Positions 1 through 20,574 are shown, counted from the stretch's first letter. The stretch: DNA of 64,000 nucleotides from Camelus ferus (GCF_009834535.1 NC_045713.1:17980001-18044000); one strand, 5' to 3'. The notes: generated by a model from the sequence alone, not told the origin. Numbers and translations: made by a program.

Positions 1-1
1 G

Positions 2-3000
2 CGCTGGTGGGGGTTCTCCGGGGCCTTCACAGGGAAACCCGGAGGACGAGATGGGGGCGGAGGGGTGGCTCCCGGGACGGCCTCCCCACCTCTGTCCCCG
101 CTCCTGGCCGTGTTTCTGCCGCAGGGCTTCCCCGATAGCGTCAGCCCGGACTATCTGCCCTACCAGCTGTGGGATTCCGTGCAGGTCAGCCCGGCCGACG
201 GGGAAAGGGGGCGACATGAAGCCGGGGGCCGGGGAGATAGTGTGCGCCGCCTCTCCCTCCCCACATACAGACTGGGGATCCAGTGCCGAGCTGTGACACG
301 TCCCAGGCCACACACCAAGGAGAGCTGATAATAGATCTCCATACTCCTGTGCCCACGCCTGATCCCACTTCTTTTCTTCTCCAGGCCTTTGCTTCCAGCC
401 TCTCGGGCTCCCTGGCCACCCACGCCGTCTTGCTGGGCATAGGGGTAGGCAACGCAAAAGCCTCAGTTTCAGCTGCCACGGCCACCTGGCTTGTGAAAGG
501 TGAGCTGGTTTCCTGGAGTCTCACCTGTCGCTCCTCTCAGCCCTACTATCTCTCTGGCTTCCTCTTTTTTTACTCCGACTGAGAAGCCCGGCTCCTTTCC
601 GCCTCTATCAGTCTTTTGGCATCTAGCTCTGGGCTGTGATGAGTATATTTATGCATTCCACTAGATCCAGGAGCCAAGTTTCCCCAGGTCCTAGAATAGT
701 GTGCCTTGTACCTTGTTAAACAAAATTCAACTGAGTAATTTTAAAGATTTCTATTGGCTTTACTCAGCGATTGATTAGTCACCCCCGGCTGGAATGACCT
801 CACCCCCCTCCCACCCCCTGCCCCGCAGTTGCACTCTGTTCCCTGTACTTACTGTTCAGTGTCTCTTAATCATCTGAAGCCCTGATCTGTAAGTTAACCG
901 TCCCCTCCCCTTTACTCCTAATCTATGGAGGACTGCCCAAGAGTTCCGTTATTGAATAAAACTGCCAGCTGCCTGGGGTGTAGGAAATCAGTTAATTCCA
1001 GACAAAAACAATTTTGTAATAGGTCGTGAGTGGCAGAGAGGAGGTTCTGGGAAGGGTGAAAGGCATTTTTAGATCCTCTGGGATACTGGATGATGTTATA
1101 AATAATAACTATAGTAACTACCTGTTGAATGTGTACAACTTTTTGAAAACTCACTAATGGGAAAAAAAGATAGTTTTGTACCATGCCACCTAGAGAGTGA
1201 AGTAGAGAAGAAAAGGGCAACTGTTCCACATCAGGAGGGCCCATGGCGCTCTCTGCTGTCTTTCACTACTGTTCCCATTGGGGATTTAAATCAGACCCAG
1301 GCTAAGGCTCATACTGCTCCTAGCATCAGCCTGGCCACATCTCTAGTGAGTCTCCCTGGATCTTTTGGAGACTCTGGAGGCTCCTGCTTATACCCTCCCC
1401 ATTAAGACAAGCAAACTGTGTAAATGTGAGTCACCTCTGGATTCTGAGAGTGCAGATCAGTGGAGAAGTGGTGGTGATCTGTGACTCTTGTCCTGGTTGT
1501 CTCTTCTTTTAATAATAATAGTTCACTAGACAGTACTTCTTATGTGCTGGTCTTTAAATGTATTGACCCAGTCTTCACAGTAGCTGTGAGATAGGTATTG
1601 TCATTATCTTCATTTTATAGATGGGGAAACTGAAGCACAGAAAAGTCACTTGCCCAGAGTCACAGCCAGCAAGTGGTAAGGCATGGATTTGAACTCAAGA
1701 CGTTTAGTTCTAGAGTTCATTTTCATGGCCCACATTGGGCTCAATTTGGAATTTTTCCCTTGCTCTCCTGTTGGCTGTTTGGAATGAGGTAGGAGCTTGG
1801 GTCAGTAGTTTCACATCATTCCTAGCACTTTAATCTTATCACCAACACATTGCCTATATATGGCTTCAGCTCAGGCAAGTTATTAAGGAAAAAACAAGAC
1901 CATTTTAAGAAGTGAAAAAATATCCACTTCCTTTAGAGCCTGTTGTTGATATTAAAAGAAGCCCCCTTAGTTAGAAAGGATATTACAAACTTATTTCCAC
2001 CAAACATGGGAAATCTATGCAAAGCTTTATATAAGAAACTCCCTTGGTTTCAGATATACAAATGTTAGCCACTATATATAAAAATTGATTTTAAAAAAGT
2101 TTTTGCTGTGTAGCACAGGAAACTATATTCAGTATCTTGTAATAACCTTTAATGAAAAAGAATATGAAAACAAATATATGAATGTATATGCATGACTGAG
2201 ACATTGTGCTGTACACCAGAAATTGACATGTTGTAACTGACAGTACTTTACACACACAAAATAAAAACTCCCTTGGAGTTTTTTGATGTGGTTACTTTTA
2301 GTTATAGATCTCTTAATGGAACATGCTGTTAACTGTTATAACTAGCAATAGTAATACTACTAGCAGCCAGTATTTTGGCAGCATACTAATCTGTGCAGCA
2401 GCCATAGTAGGTAGATGCCATTATGAATACCTTTTTCAGAGGGGGAGGCTGAGGCACAGAGAAGTTTAGTAATTTACCTAAGGTCACATAAGGCCAGGAT
2501 TTGGACCCAGATGGACTGACTCCTGTGTCCTACTCTTAACCACCACACTCTTTTGCCAGTTAGCATTTTAGAGTGGAGCCAGGTACAATTTGTGGACAAC
2601 TGATCCCTTACTAGGACTCAAAGAGTTTTTAGGTCTTACAGCTCAGCTAATTGTAAGTGAGGCAAAAAGGAGCAGGTGGAAATGAAGTTTCCTAGTCGAC
2701 TGGACAATGTTGACTTTCAGATGATAGGGAGGCTGTGTGTCCTGACTGCATCCTAGTGCCAACTTCCAGGTTCTGACAAAAGCCCTGAAGACTGCCTCCA
2801 ATGAAAAACAAAGCAGTCACCCTTTCTGCCAAGTGGTCCCTGTATGGAGGACATACACACTGATTGGGGAAGAGTGTGCAGTCAGAGGGAAGAAAATAGA
2901 GTCTGGCTCTGTCAACCAATAAAAGTAATCTGAGCCACGTTCAGAGTCACCAAGATGATCCAGTACAAGAATCTTGAACAATAAAATTTTTGTGTCAAAT

Positions 3001-6000
3001 AAGAACTACTTAAAAGGAAAAGGGTAGGTGAGTAAGAGAGGGAGGAGGCTTCTGGAGCCACGCTGGGAAGTGTTGCATCAGGGACAGATGGGACAAAAGT
3101 ACAGAAGCAGAGCAGGCCAGAGGGGGACTGTGTTGTCTACATGCCTCCGAATGAGGAAGCCGCTGCTCAGCCCCAGCCGATTGTAGCGGTGAGAGGAGGC
3201 AGGCCCCGTGTTACCATGTCTTCAGGTTCTTCTAGGAAAGCTATAAATCCAGATTTTCTGGTAAAATGTCCCATTTTTGTACACCTGTCTTCTCTGAGCT
3301 TTAGTTGCTTCATCTGTGAAAGGGAATGATCCCTCTCAAGCTCATAGGGTCATTGGGAAGATTGAAAGGCGGGGGCATTTCAGGTGTCCACTGGAGTGCT
3401 TAGCGGTCTCCTTCAAATCCGAGGTTGGGTAAAGATGTCTAGATAGAAGGCATCGAGGCCGAAGGATGGCGGTTGTGGCAAGGGAGGATGAGAAGAACGT
3501 TTCCAATGAATGGGGAAGGTTTGCCTGTGTCACCACCTTTGTATATTGTGGGAAGTTCCGATCCCTCTTGCCCACAACCTTGTTCTCCTTGCCTCCCATA
3601 CTTAAGGGTCCCTGCCCTCAAGCTCAAACAGGTTAGGGGTCCTCTGCCCACTGTATCTGTCCTTTCCAGTGCCCAGTGTATGAAGCCTTCCCAGTTTGAG
3701 TCTATAACAGTCCTTTGGGATCCCCCTGCTGGGCTTAACAAGTACTACTCTCAGCATAAGGTATGGTCTGAATCGGGAGTTGGCAAACTTTCTGTAAGGG
3801 ACCAGATGGCTTTGCAGGCTATGCAGTTTCAGTTGTGGCAACTTGGTTTTGCCACTGTGTTATGAAAAAAGCCATAGACATCTAAACGAAGGGGCACAGC
3901 TGTCTTCCAATAAAACTGTTTACAAAAGGGCATGGAAGCCCACAGATCACAGCTGACTGATCCTTGGTTGAAGTCAGTGTTTTTCATAGTGCTTGCTCTC
4001 TGCTTTTACACTGGCCTTTGAGCCTGGAACCGTGACTCTCTGGGTCTCTGTAGTGTCCCCCATACCTCATATAGTGCCTGGCACAGTAGGTAGCCGGTAA
4101 GCACTTGTTATGCAAATAAAGATCTAGTGGATTCCAGAGATTACTCTGAGTCTCCCCAGCCTGAGGAGGCCTCTCCCTCTGCCCCACACCCCCAGCTCTC
4201 TGTCACCAACCTGCAGTTCAAATCCTTTTTATTTGTTTGTGCTCTAATGACCACCTGGAAACCACTGCCCAACTTAAGAGCTAGACTATCAATGGTAACC
4301 TCTGAACTTTTCACACGGAATTTTCTGCTTTTTAAAAAAATACTTTTACTGTGTATGTGTATGTATATATATGTATGTGTGTGTGTGTATCCAAACACTA
4401 TATTGTTTGTCTAAATACTATATTGTTTAGTTTTAGTTGTTTTTAGGGTTGTATGAAGAGTATGTTGTGCTGTATGTAGTCTTTATGACTTACTTTTTTA
4501 TGCAAGATTGTAATACTAGGATTCATCCATGCTGATGTGAGCAGTTGTAGTCCCTTGGATTTCCACTGCTGTCTAATATGCCCCTGAGTAAAGGTACCAG
4601 AATTGATTTATGCACTTTCCTGTTGATGAGCATTTGCATTATTCCCAGTTTCTTACTGTTATTAACAATGCTGCAAACAACATTTCTGGCCCCTGTCTCT
4701 TGGTGTGCTTGGATACGTAGTTCTCTTGGGTACGTAGTGGGAAGCTGCTATGTCTGGGCACTTCTGATCCCATCACACAACTGCGTCTGTCTAGAACTTA
4801 TGGGACCAGACTGAGCGCCCAAGATAAAAAAGCCATCTCAGGAGGTAGGATATAGCTCAGTGGTAGAGCATGTGCTTATCATGCACGAGGTCCTGGGTTC
4901 AATCCCCAGGACCTGCATCAAAATAAATAAACCTAATTACCTCTCCCTCCAAAAAAAAAAATAATTAAAATAAATGTTAAAAAAAAAAAAAAGTAAAAGC
5001 CATCTTGGTTCCAGGCTCTGCCAGGCCCCACAGCCCTCAAGGGTCTTGCTTGTTTCTTACTGATTCCTTGTCTCTCTTTCTCCCAGATTCAACTGGCATG
5101 CTGGGTCGCATCGTCTTTGCCTGGTGGATGGGGTGAGTTTGTCTTCCTGGTCAGGAGACTTCTGGCCATTGTCTCCAGACAGGAGTTATGTCTCTCTCAG
5201 CCCTGGCTGTATTGTCAGCTCCCTCAGCTCTCCCTCTTTCTTATCAGTATCTAGGGGAGGGGAGATTTAGCAGTTAACATCATCAGAGCTAAGGAGTCTT
5301 TAATGAGTAGTGTAGGTGGCCGGCCTAGGGTCACAGAGCAGGGAAGCCACAGAGACGTTACTGTGATGAGATCTGCCTTCAGGAGCGCTGATGTGCCCCT
5401 ATGCTGCCCATGATGGAAAAACACAGACAGCCACAAGGCTCTGAGTGTCCTCTGCTGGCTTGTTAGAAACTTGAATGTGACAGTATTTAGCCCAAAAAGA
5501 ATGACTTTATTCTAGAGGCTACTGTGGTGGCTTAGATACTTGGTTGGACTTTGCTAAGTTGAGTGGGGAGTGGCCTTGGGCAGGTCTTGGGGATCCCTGT
5601 CCCATGTGGGGCCCACGTCACCATTTGTCTCAAAGGGATGGAGAGTCTTGTGTTGCCTGCTTCCTCCTGGAGTCAGTGCTGGGCAACCTCAGGGGTGATT
5701 TAGCATCTGCCATCAATTGCAGTTGTGAGGGTCACTGAGATAGTTTTTGCAAAGTGCTTAGCACATAATAAGTGCTCAGTAAACACTAGCTGCAATTACC
5801 AGCTCTAACCGTGCCTCACAGGCTCTCCGTGTGTCGTCTCTAATCCTTATAACAACCTTGCAGAGTAGGAGTGAATGTGTACATTTTCCAGATGTGAAGC
5901 AGACAAAGTCCCACAGCTTGTAACTGGTGAGATGGGATTTGAACCTAAAGCCTGTACTCTTTCGTGGCATCAGGCAGAGCCCTAGACCAGGCCCATGTGT

Positions 6001-9000
6001 CCTAGTCCTGCCTGCGCCATATACTCGTTCCCTCGGGAGCTCCCCACGTACGTCCCGTGCCTCACCCAGGAAGGCTCCCTTTCCCTCTAGGACATTTCAA
6101 ATCAAGGGTTAAGGCTAGTGCTGCAAATTCTGAGTTGGGTGGTGGGCTGCAGCATCTCCTGCCACTGGGATCTTGGAGAAGTGGTCTCCAGGGTTTGTGC
6201 TCAGGCTGGAGAGTCACTCAGCCTGGCACAGGAGGGGACATCCATGGTGTCGTGTAATAGAGATATCCTAGACCTGGATGTCAGAGCCTGGTTCTTTCTC
6301 TTGGCCTTCCCCGCCGGCCCTGACTCTCTGTGTTATCCAAGGGAGGTCATATCCCCTCTCTGGGCTGGTTATCTGTAATATGCAGGGTGTTTACATGTAG
6401 TGTTTACAAAATATTTGAATTTCTTGCTGGGTACCCTCTGTAAAGCAGGAGGAAGAAGAGGGGGGATGGCAGAGGAACCAAGGATGGCCTCTCTGCAGGG
6501 AGGGCCAGAGGGTGGGGAGCAGCCACAGACAGTTTTTCCTTTGGTACCTCATGGGTTAGTAAGGGGGAAATACTGAGTGGCCACTGAAGGGCCTCCAAGC
6601 TAACGGGGGCATTTCAGTCAGCATTGACAGGGTGTCGGGACAGATGTCTGGCTGGGGTGTGGGTTTTCCCGAGCCCTCCTAACCAAGGCCTTAGGATGGC
6701 CTGCAGTGCCCACAGGATATGCTTCCTGCTTAAATCCAAATTGCAAACCAACCTCTCCTCCCCAACAGGAGCAAAATGGACTGTAATGCCAAGCAGTGGA
6801 GGTGAGGAGGAGGGGCTGGAACCGAGGGGAGGGGAGACTTCAGTGATGAAGGTCTCTGACCTCTGACCTCTGATCCCTTCCCCCAGGCTTTTTGCTGACA
6901 TCCTCAATGATGTAGCCATGTTCCTCGAGATTATGGCTCCCATATTCCCCATCTGTTTCACCATGACCATCTGCATCAGCAACCTGGCCAAGGTACTCAC
7001 TACACCCAAGATACCTGCCTTGGTGGTGCTGGGTCTGGGCTCACTGGGGGCCCGCAGGTGAGCCCAGCCTGGGCCCTGTGTTCATTTCTAGAAGTGAAAA
7101 AGTTCAGCTCTTTCTTCTTGGACCCAACCATATTTTCTGATCCTCCTCTAGCCAGACAGCCTCCAGAGCCTGAGATGGTCAGTCTAAGGTGGTGTTTGGA
7201 GCCACGGGATTGGTGATGGAGCTGAGAGATAGAGGAGGTGGTCCGGTGTCAGCATCTTGGGACTGGCTACCTTTCATTCCTGCAGTGAAATATTTGTTGA
7301 GTGCCTCCTGTATGTTTGGCTCGGAATATGGACCACACATAATTAAGCAAATATTTATTGAATCATAGCTAGAGGTATTCCAGATGAGAAGTGTAGGAGG
7401 CTGTAGGAGGATTCAGCAGGGAATCTGGCCTGATCAGGGGATGCAGGAAGGTCTCCCCTGGGGCTGGGTCCTGAGGAATAAGTTGCAGGTGCAGGCTGGG
7501 CGTTCTGAGCAGAAAGAACAGTGTGGCTCAAGGTCCACTGGCAAGACAGACACAGACCGAAAAGCAAGGTTGGAGGGGAGCGGAGTGAACCCGAGCTCTT
7601 CTTCTCTGCCAGGCTGCTCACCCTCATGATTCCTTCAGGTCATCCTCATACAGATGAGGAAACAGAGTCTAGCAAGGTTCAGTAAAGAGGCGAGCCTGTC
7701 TTCACCACAGGGTCCAGTACCTAGCAGAGTGAAGACTCTTAAGAAGACCTGTCAGATCCATCTCAGAGGCCCATCCATCTGTTCAGAATCACTCCATGTT
7801 TCTCCTCAGGGCAGCAGTGACATTTGGGATACAGCAGATCTTTGTGGTGGAGGACACTGAGATTCCCTGGCCCAGGCACTAAATGCCCTGCACCCCTTCC
7901 CCTCCAGGGCAGGTAACCCCAGGGAAAATCACTGCTGTCGTTGTATACCCAGAATTGTGACCTCTGCCTGAATTTTGCACTAAATGCCACATCTGGGGCC
8001 TTAGTCTCTTTATCTGTCAAATAAGGGACTAGAACAGGGCCCTGAACTTCCCCCTCCCCACCCCCACCCCTCTCTAGAGTTCTAGTCTCAGTGACCAGCA
8101 CCTCCATCCCCCAGGGACACTGGCCGGAAGCCTGGCTGTCATCCATGCCGTCACCTCCTCCCCACTCACCTGCCACCCTCAGCTAAACCTCCATTCAATT
8201 CTGTTATTTTCCCTCTTAAGTCTCTCCAGGCCTTTCATTCCTCCGTCCCTGTATCACCTGCTGGTTCCTTGTTGCTGAAAAAGCACATTTATTTGCAGAA
8301 AAGTCACATTTATTTCCTAGATCATCTCCCTGCATCTGTTCTTAGCCTCTTCAGTCCTCATAATACTTTTAAGAGTGGAAATCAAATCAGGTCACTTCCC
8401 TGCTCTTGGTGTAAAGACCTTAACAAGACTTCCAAGGTTCTATGTGATCAGGTCCCCACCCATCACTCCAGCCTCATTTTGTACCACAGTTCTCTTACCT
8501 TCAAACAAATTCTGCCTATGTAATAACTAGTTTATTTATCATCTAGTGATTTATGAGCTTTGTGAGGGCAGGTTGTATCTGAATTCTACCACACAGCACC
8601 TAAGTCTGTATCTGACATCTAAAAGAGATTTGCTAAATATGAATGAAGGTGACAGTGGCCCTTCAATGAACTTTCAATCTCTGAGGGAGAGATCCAGGTG
8701 CCCTGGGAGGTCAGGGCCACTGGTGTGGGTTTTGAACTGGCCTGGAAGTCTCGGCTAAGCCTTGACTAGGGCAGGAAGAGTGGAGTTAGTTCCAGACATG
8801 CAGAATGTAAGCATGAAGTTGGAAACCAGAGTGGGCCTGGGAGCTCAGCAAGGGGAAGGTTGCAGCCAAAGCAGAAGTTGGAGGCTGGGGAAGTTCTGGG
8901 CTGAGAATTGTCTTTGGGCCTTCACCTTGGGGAAGGAAATTGACTTTCCTTGGGGCTGGGCCCACGGGGTGGTGTGGCAAGCAGACCTTTAGTTCTCTCC

Positions 9001-12000
9001 TGGGAATAGACAGAGGAGGAAGGCCTAGTGGAAGTGCGGGGTGAGAGCAACGCACCGAGGATAGCATTCAGAGTTTCGCTGTGGGGTGGCCTGAGGCCTG
9101 GTTTTTCTCCAGCTGGTTCGAGCCATTTATTTGGCTCACCCACAGAAACACCTGTGTTGCCACCCAGTGCACTGAGGCTTTCCCGCTCCCCTTTCCCCAC
9201 CCAGTGCATTGTGAGTGTGGCTGGCGGGGCCACTCGGGCCGCGCTGACCATGCATCAGGCCCAGAGAAACAACATGGCCGACGTGTCAGCCAAGGATGGC
9301 AGCCAGGTGAGCAGCCGGAAGTGGAGGGACGGTGTGGGGAGCATGGGGTGGGGAGGGATATCAGGCCAGGTCATGATTTGGGAGTGAAGAGAAGCACCTG
9401 AGTGCTCCTGGGGGTAGGGGTGGGAGACACGCAGGAGAACTGTGGGTGCTCCTTGCTCTGCCTCTTAGGATGGGTAGTCAGGTGTAAGGGCATGGACTCT
9501 GGTGGCAATAAGTCCAAATTGATTATCTCAGCACTTGCCCACTGCCCATGTGGCCAAGAGCGAGCCCTTGCCCTGGACCTCACCCTCTCTAGGCCAGAGC
9601 CCCACCCTGGGAGGTGGATGTTCTGATCACCTGAGGCCCCATGTGTCATAGCACTTGGCAAGTCAAAGAGTGCTCAGCGTGTGAGGTGGCTGGGGTCACT
9701 GGCCAGAGGCCTCCACTTGGCAGTTCAGCAAGCCCCTCCAGCCCAGCCCCTCACCTGATCAAAGGAGCCTGGACTGGGGATGGGGACACCCCTGAGGCCG
9801 AACCCTACAGGTATTAGATCCCCCCATACCCCTGTGCTAAGTGCTTGTGGGAACCATTTAATTCTTAAACCAAGCCTATGAGGTAGATATTGTTATCACC
9901 TCCATTTTATAGATGGGGAAAGTGAGACCCAGGGAGGTCAGAAATGTGACATGGTTTTCTTTGACACTGAAGCAATTCAGCCACCTCTGTTCCATCCAGT
10001 CCTGCTTTCTGGCCTTCTCTTATATTGTTTTGTTAAATAGAACTTCATTGAAAAAAAGTTAAGACTAACTCCTTTCAATAATAACACAAGTGAATATTTA
10101 TCAAGCATTAACTATGTGCCAAGTATCTCATTTGTATGAACTCACTAAATCCTTGCAGTGGTACTGTACGGGAAGCGTTCATCATGGCCACTACAGATGA
10201 GGGAAGAAGGCAGAGTGGTTCAGTCCTTGGGTACTCTTGGGCACGTCCCTGCTCTCAGGAGGTGGTCGGACAAGTTCTTCCCCATCATCCCTTCCACAGG
10301 TTGTTAGGGAAGAGAAATAAGTAACACCCAGGCCCTGCTTTTAGGATCTCCCAGCTCCAGGCCTGCTGTCTCTCACCTGCTCACTTTCTAACCTGCAGCC
10401 CCCACCCCACCCCCAGGCTGTATTGTCCAAGGCGTCAGGGCTTCCTCAGCTCCCGGAGGCAGTAACATCACTGGGACAACCCCGGACGTGTGCTCAGGCC
10501 CCTGCTTTCTGCTGATGTGGCTGCTGGGAATGACTGTTCACACCCAGGGGAGAGGAGGTCCCTCTGCTCCTGAGCTCCCACGGCCCTTGATCCCCAGTTT
10601 ACTGTCACACCCACAGCCTTTATTTCCAGCTGTCCCCACCTCCCGTTGCCAGGGCAGCTGGGTAAGAAGAGCTCTTGAGTCTTAGGCCCCACTCTGTGCC
10701 AGGACTGATTCTCCCGGGACCCCCATAGTCAGGGACACCAGTCTAGATGCCTCTGTCATGATGAGTTGGGGGTGGTGGCCAGGGGTCTTTCCCCTAGGGT
10801 AAGCTCAGTCAGGCCATCTCGGGCCACCAGAGGGGTCATCACATTGATTCCCAAGGGAAGTTTGGATCTTGTGCTTTTCTTCCTGGGTGGTTCCTTGACC
10901 CGTTTGAGACCAAGGGGCTGAGGGGATTGGCCATTTTAAAGACCAAATAAAGTAGTTCTACTCTGTGGAAATTTACTTGCCTGAGTGTAGAGCTACTCAA
11001 GCAACTCTTGCAAAACAAAGAAGATATGTTCCAAGGGCATTCCAAGGTCATTGCACTCTGGGAGAGAAGCAGCTGGTATCTTAAATGACACCAAAAACAT
11101 TAAAAATTTACTCGGCACCCTTATCAATGTATGGAGCCCTCTGGGGCGGGGAGAAATTTGGAGAAAGGCACTCAAGGACATTCAGTCTGGCCTGGAGGGA
11201 AGCCCTCCAGCTCCCAACCCCTCTGCCATTTTTTAGGAGACGCTGGTAAGCCTGGCAGGGCTCCTGGTCAGCCTCTTGATGCTTCCCCTGGTGTCTGATT
11301 GCCCCTGGTAAGCCGCGGTCTGGGGCAGGGAGGAGGTGCCCCCTGGGCCTCTGCTCCTGTTGAGCATCTCACTCTCTTTTCCCAGCTTAAGCCTCGGTTG
11401 TTTCTTCTTCCTCACTGCCCTCCACATCTATGCCAACTACCGGGCCGTCCGTGCCCTTGTCATAGAGACCCTGAATGAGGGCCGGCTCTGGCTGGTCCTG
11501 AAGCACTTCCTTCAGAGGGGAGAGGTACTTGGCCCCACAACAGCCAATCAGATGGAGCCGCTGTGGACAGGTGACCCAACCCCTTGGTCTCAAGCTTCCT
11601 GTGGCTCCTAGTCTCTCCCCTGCCTGGGCATCCTGACTCCAGCTTCCCACAGGTTTCTGGCCGTCTCTGTCTCTGTCCCTGGGGGTCCCCCTACACCGCT
11701 TGACCTCCAGGTGAGTGGCCCAGTGTCTCCTACCCATCACTACTGCCACCCCTACTCCCCACACATGCTCCCGATTCTGATCATACACTAGCCTCCCCTG
11801 GCCAAGCCCTAGCATTCTGGTTCTTTATTTCCACTGAACAGACTTCGGGGTCAGTGTGGGTGCCTGACGGCCGCAGGGTGTATAACATAGACTAGATACA
11901 AGGGATATATTTGTTGGATGCAGGAAAAAAGGAGGGATTGATGGTGGGGCTGGGTCACAGCTGAGGGATGGTCAGAAGGAGGTGCAGGACAGATGAAGTG

Positions 12001-13818
12001 TGGACAGTTAGGGTTAACAGGTGGCTGTGCAGTTGACTGGATGTTCACGCCTGCCTTCATTTTCTCCTCCTCCACTGCACACTCTTCTTCCCTTCAGTGT
12101 CTTTGAGCTGCAGCAGCTGGTTGAGGGGCACCGAGAACCTTACCTGCTTCGCTGGGACCAGTCACGAAGTGAGTTCATTGTGTTCTCCCAGCTTTAGACT
12201 CACCTTCCTGGGGTCAGCCTCTCATCCCTCCAACTCCAGGGCCCCTACCTGCTGTCCTGAAGGGGGCTCTAGACTAAGATCAGATGCATTCAAATTATAG
12301 CTGCATGCCCCAGTGAGATTCACTTTACCACTCTGTAAAATGGAGCTAACAATACCTGCCTTATCTGCCGTGTTTTTATGAGGATCCAATAAGGTGATTG
12401 TGTAAAAGCACTTTTTACATTGCAGCACACACAAATCAGGTTATGACCTTTGGTTATCCCTGAAGAACCACTTTCCTCTCCCATCTGGGGTCACCTCTCA
12501 AGGAAGCAAGTACTGAAGTTTACTAGTCTGCTGGTTGTGTGTTAAAAGGTTAAAGCCATTAATGACATGCAAGGGGGGAGGGTGTAGCTCAAGTGGTAGA
12601 GTGCATGCTTAGCATACACAAGGTCCTGGGTTCAATCCCCAGTAACCCCCTCCAAAACTAAATATGCAAACTTAATTACCTCCCCCCCAAAAAATAAAAA
12701 ATTAAAGGCATGCAAAATAAACCCACCTCAGGGAGCTGCTCTGAAGCTGTATTTGGGAATTGGGTATTTCAGCTTGGCAAGAGCACTGGAAGCAACAGGA
12801 GATGAAGTTGGAAAGAAAAAAGACGAAAGATGGCCTTCTGTGCCAGGCCAGGGCCTTTGGGGCAGACAGAGGTGAAGCAAGCTCGTAGGGTTAGGGTTAG
12901 GATTACAGAGTATTTGGGGAGGTGGGCCTTCCCTGGTACCAGTCTGTCCCTGGGTCTCTCCAGACCAGGTACAGGTTGTCCTGAGCCAGATGGCAGGCCC
13001 TGAGACTGTTCTAAGGGCTGCCACTCACGGGCTGGTGCTTGGAGCCCTGCGGGAAGATGGACCCCTCCCATGGGAGCTGGAGGAACTGAGGAACCGAGCA
13101 CGGGCAGGTAGGTGACCATCTCACAATCTAGGCTGCTTCTGACTCAAAGAGGAAGCACTCTGTTCAACTTGGAGAACCTGAGTGTCTGGTTCTGCACCCA
13201 CTCCAGGTCCTGAGAAAGAGAGCTGGGTCATTGTCAAGGAGACGCACCAAGTGTTAGACAAGCTATTCCCAAAGTTCTTGAAAGGTAACATCCTTCTGCT
13301 TCATGGCTCCTTGGCCTCTGAGGCCTTCTCCCCTCGCCTGTTCCCCTCCCCACCCCTCTACCTGGCTTTCCCTGTCTGCAGGATGGGGAGCTTAGGATGG
13401 TGTCTGAGGCACCGTCAGTGCCGACAGTCTGTGTGATCCCAGTTGGCACTGGAGAACGGGGCGGAGCGAGGCTCACAAATCACTGAAGGTGCTTTCATCT
13501 AGCACCTACTTCATTCCAGCCCTTTTCCATGTGCTGCTCGGTGAGTTCTGGCTGCAACCAGGTGAGGTTTTAGCCTCATTTTGTGCCAGAGATCACCCAG
13601 CAGAGGCAAGGGGAGCCCAAGCAGCGCACAGAGTGTGCACCCAGCCTGTGCTGCTCCCTGTCCCGCCCCCAGGGTCAGCCAGGGTCTCCTCCCCAGCAGC
13701 ACCGTGTGACCTCTCCCCAGGACTGCAGGATGCGGGCTGGAAGACTGAGAAACACCAGCTAGAGGTGGATGAGTGGAGGGCCACATGGCTCCCGTGCCCA
13801 GAAAAGAAGGTCTTGTGA
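2..13818 (+). CDS. RUSF1: RUS1 family protein C16orf58 (5' end lies before the window)
   Basis: Exons <1-184, 385-499, 5087-5132, 6769-6801, 6887-6992, 9205-9306, 11237-11307, 11386-11570, 11653-11710, 12098-12168, 12964-13107, 13207-13284, 13721-13818. All junctions are GT-AG with consistent phase. Motifs: FLPQGFPDSVSPDYLPYQLWDSVQ, AKQWRLFADILND, NNMADVSAKD. Confidence 0.96.
710..960. mobile_element. Probable ERV1-class LTR fragment
   Basis: TGTTAAACAAAATTCAACTGAGTAATTTTAAAGAT start resembles ERV1 LTRs; recognised by eye only. Confidence 0.35.
1545..1725 (+). mobile_element. MIR SINE
   Basis: Core CATTTTATAGATGGGGAAACTGAAGCACAGA...CACTTGCCCAGAGTCACA...GGATTTGAACTC. Confidence 0.75.
2048..2264 (+). 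mobile_element. 5'-truncated L1 3' end with target-site duplication
   Basis: TAGCACAGGAAACTATATTCAGTATCTTGTAATAACC...GCTGTACACCAGAAATTGAC, A-rich tail; flanking direct repeat AAACTCCCTTGG at 2036-2047 and 2265-2276. Confidence 0.8.
2400..2540 (+). mobile_element. MIR SINE
   Basis: GAGGCTGAGGCACAGAGAAGTTTAGTAATTTACCTAAGGTCACA...GGATTTGGACCCAG. Confidence 0.65.
3774..3966. mobile_element. MER58-like hAT DNA transposon fossil
   Basis: GAGTTGGCAAACTTTCTGTAAGGGACCAGAT...AAAGCCATAGACA...CCAATAAAACTGTTTACAAAA. Confidence 0.6.
4290..4790 (-). mobile_element. Old L1 3'-region fragment
   Basis: GATTCATCCATGCTGATG...TTGATGAGCATTTG...AACAATGCTGCAAACAACATT, typical of antisense L1M. Confidence 0.55.
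4839..4994 (+). mobile_element. tRNA-derived SINE (camelid-type)
   Basis: A box TAGCTCAGTGG, B box GGTTCAATCCC, A-rich tail; TSD AAAAGCCATCT at 4828-4838 and 4995-5005. Confidence 0.85.
5700..5960. mobile_element. MIR SINE fragments
   Basis: AAAGTGCTTAGCACATAATAAGTGCTCAGTAAA and GATGGGATTTGAACCTAAAG. Confidence 0.55.
9820..9945 (+). mobile_element. MIR SINE
   Basis: CTCCATTTTATAGATGGGGAAAGTGAGACCCAGGGAGGT. Confidence 0.65.
12290..12425 (-). mobile_element. MIR SINE
   Basis: CTCTGTAAAATGGAGCTAACAATACCTGCC...GTGTAAAAGCACTTT. Confidence 0.6.
12573..12703 (+). mobile_element. tRNA-derived SINE (camelid-type)
   Basis: GGGGGGAGGGTGTAGCTCAAGTGGTAGAGTGCATGCTTAGCATACACAAGGTCCTGGGTTCAATCCCCAGTA plus A-rich tail. 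Confidence 0.85.
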
Positions 13819-13901
13819 GCAGCCCCAGCCTGAGGCCCAGTCTCAGGACAGGAGCCTGGAGCAAGGACACTTGGGCCACAGCAGGACATGGAAAAGATGG
13901 T

Positions 13902-13907
13902 TTTATT
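13902..13907 (-). terminator. SLC5A2: SLC5A2 polyadenylation signal AATAAA
   Basis: TTTATT on +, about 230 nt after the SLC5A2 stop. Confidence 0.75.
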
Positions 13908-14138
13908 TTTACTTATGGGAAGTGCTGTGACCGGTCAGCCAGGACCTCACAGGAAGTGACTGCCTGTCAGATGGACTGGGCCCTAGGCAGAGACAAGGCA
14001 GAGAGAAGGGGTACCGGGGCCTTCCCCCACCGCTCTCCTGCCCCAGGCCCTTCTCACCACTGCATGCTCCCCACCCCTACTCATTGTGAGGCTGAGCACT
14101 GCCCTGGCTGTGGCTCGCGGTGTCCAGCACGGTTGGCC

Positions 14139-20574
<6,436 letters not shown>

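Noticed and set aside
4839-4920. tRNA-like sequences with A and B boxes (also at 12573, 47600, 57389, 62821)
   Set aside because: A-rich tails, TSDs, divergence between copies and no proper acceptor stem: SINEs, not tRNA genes.
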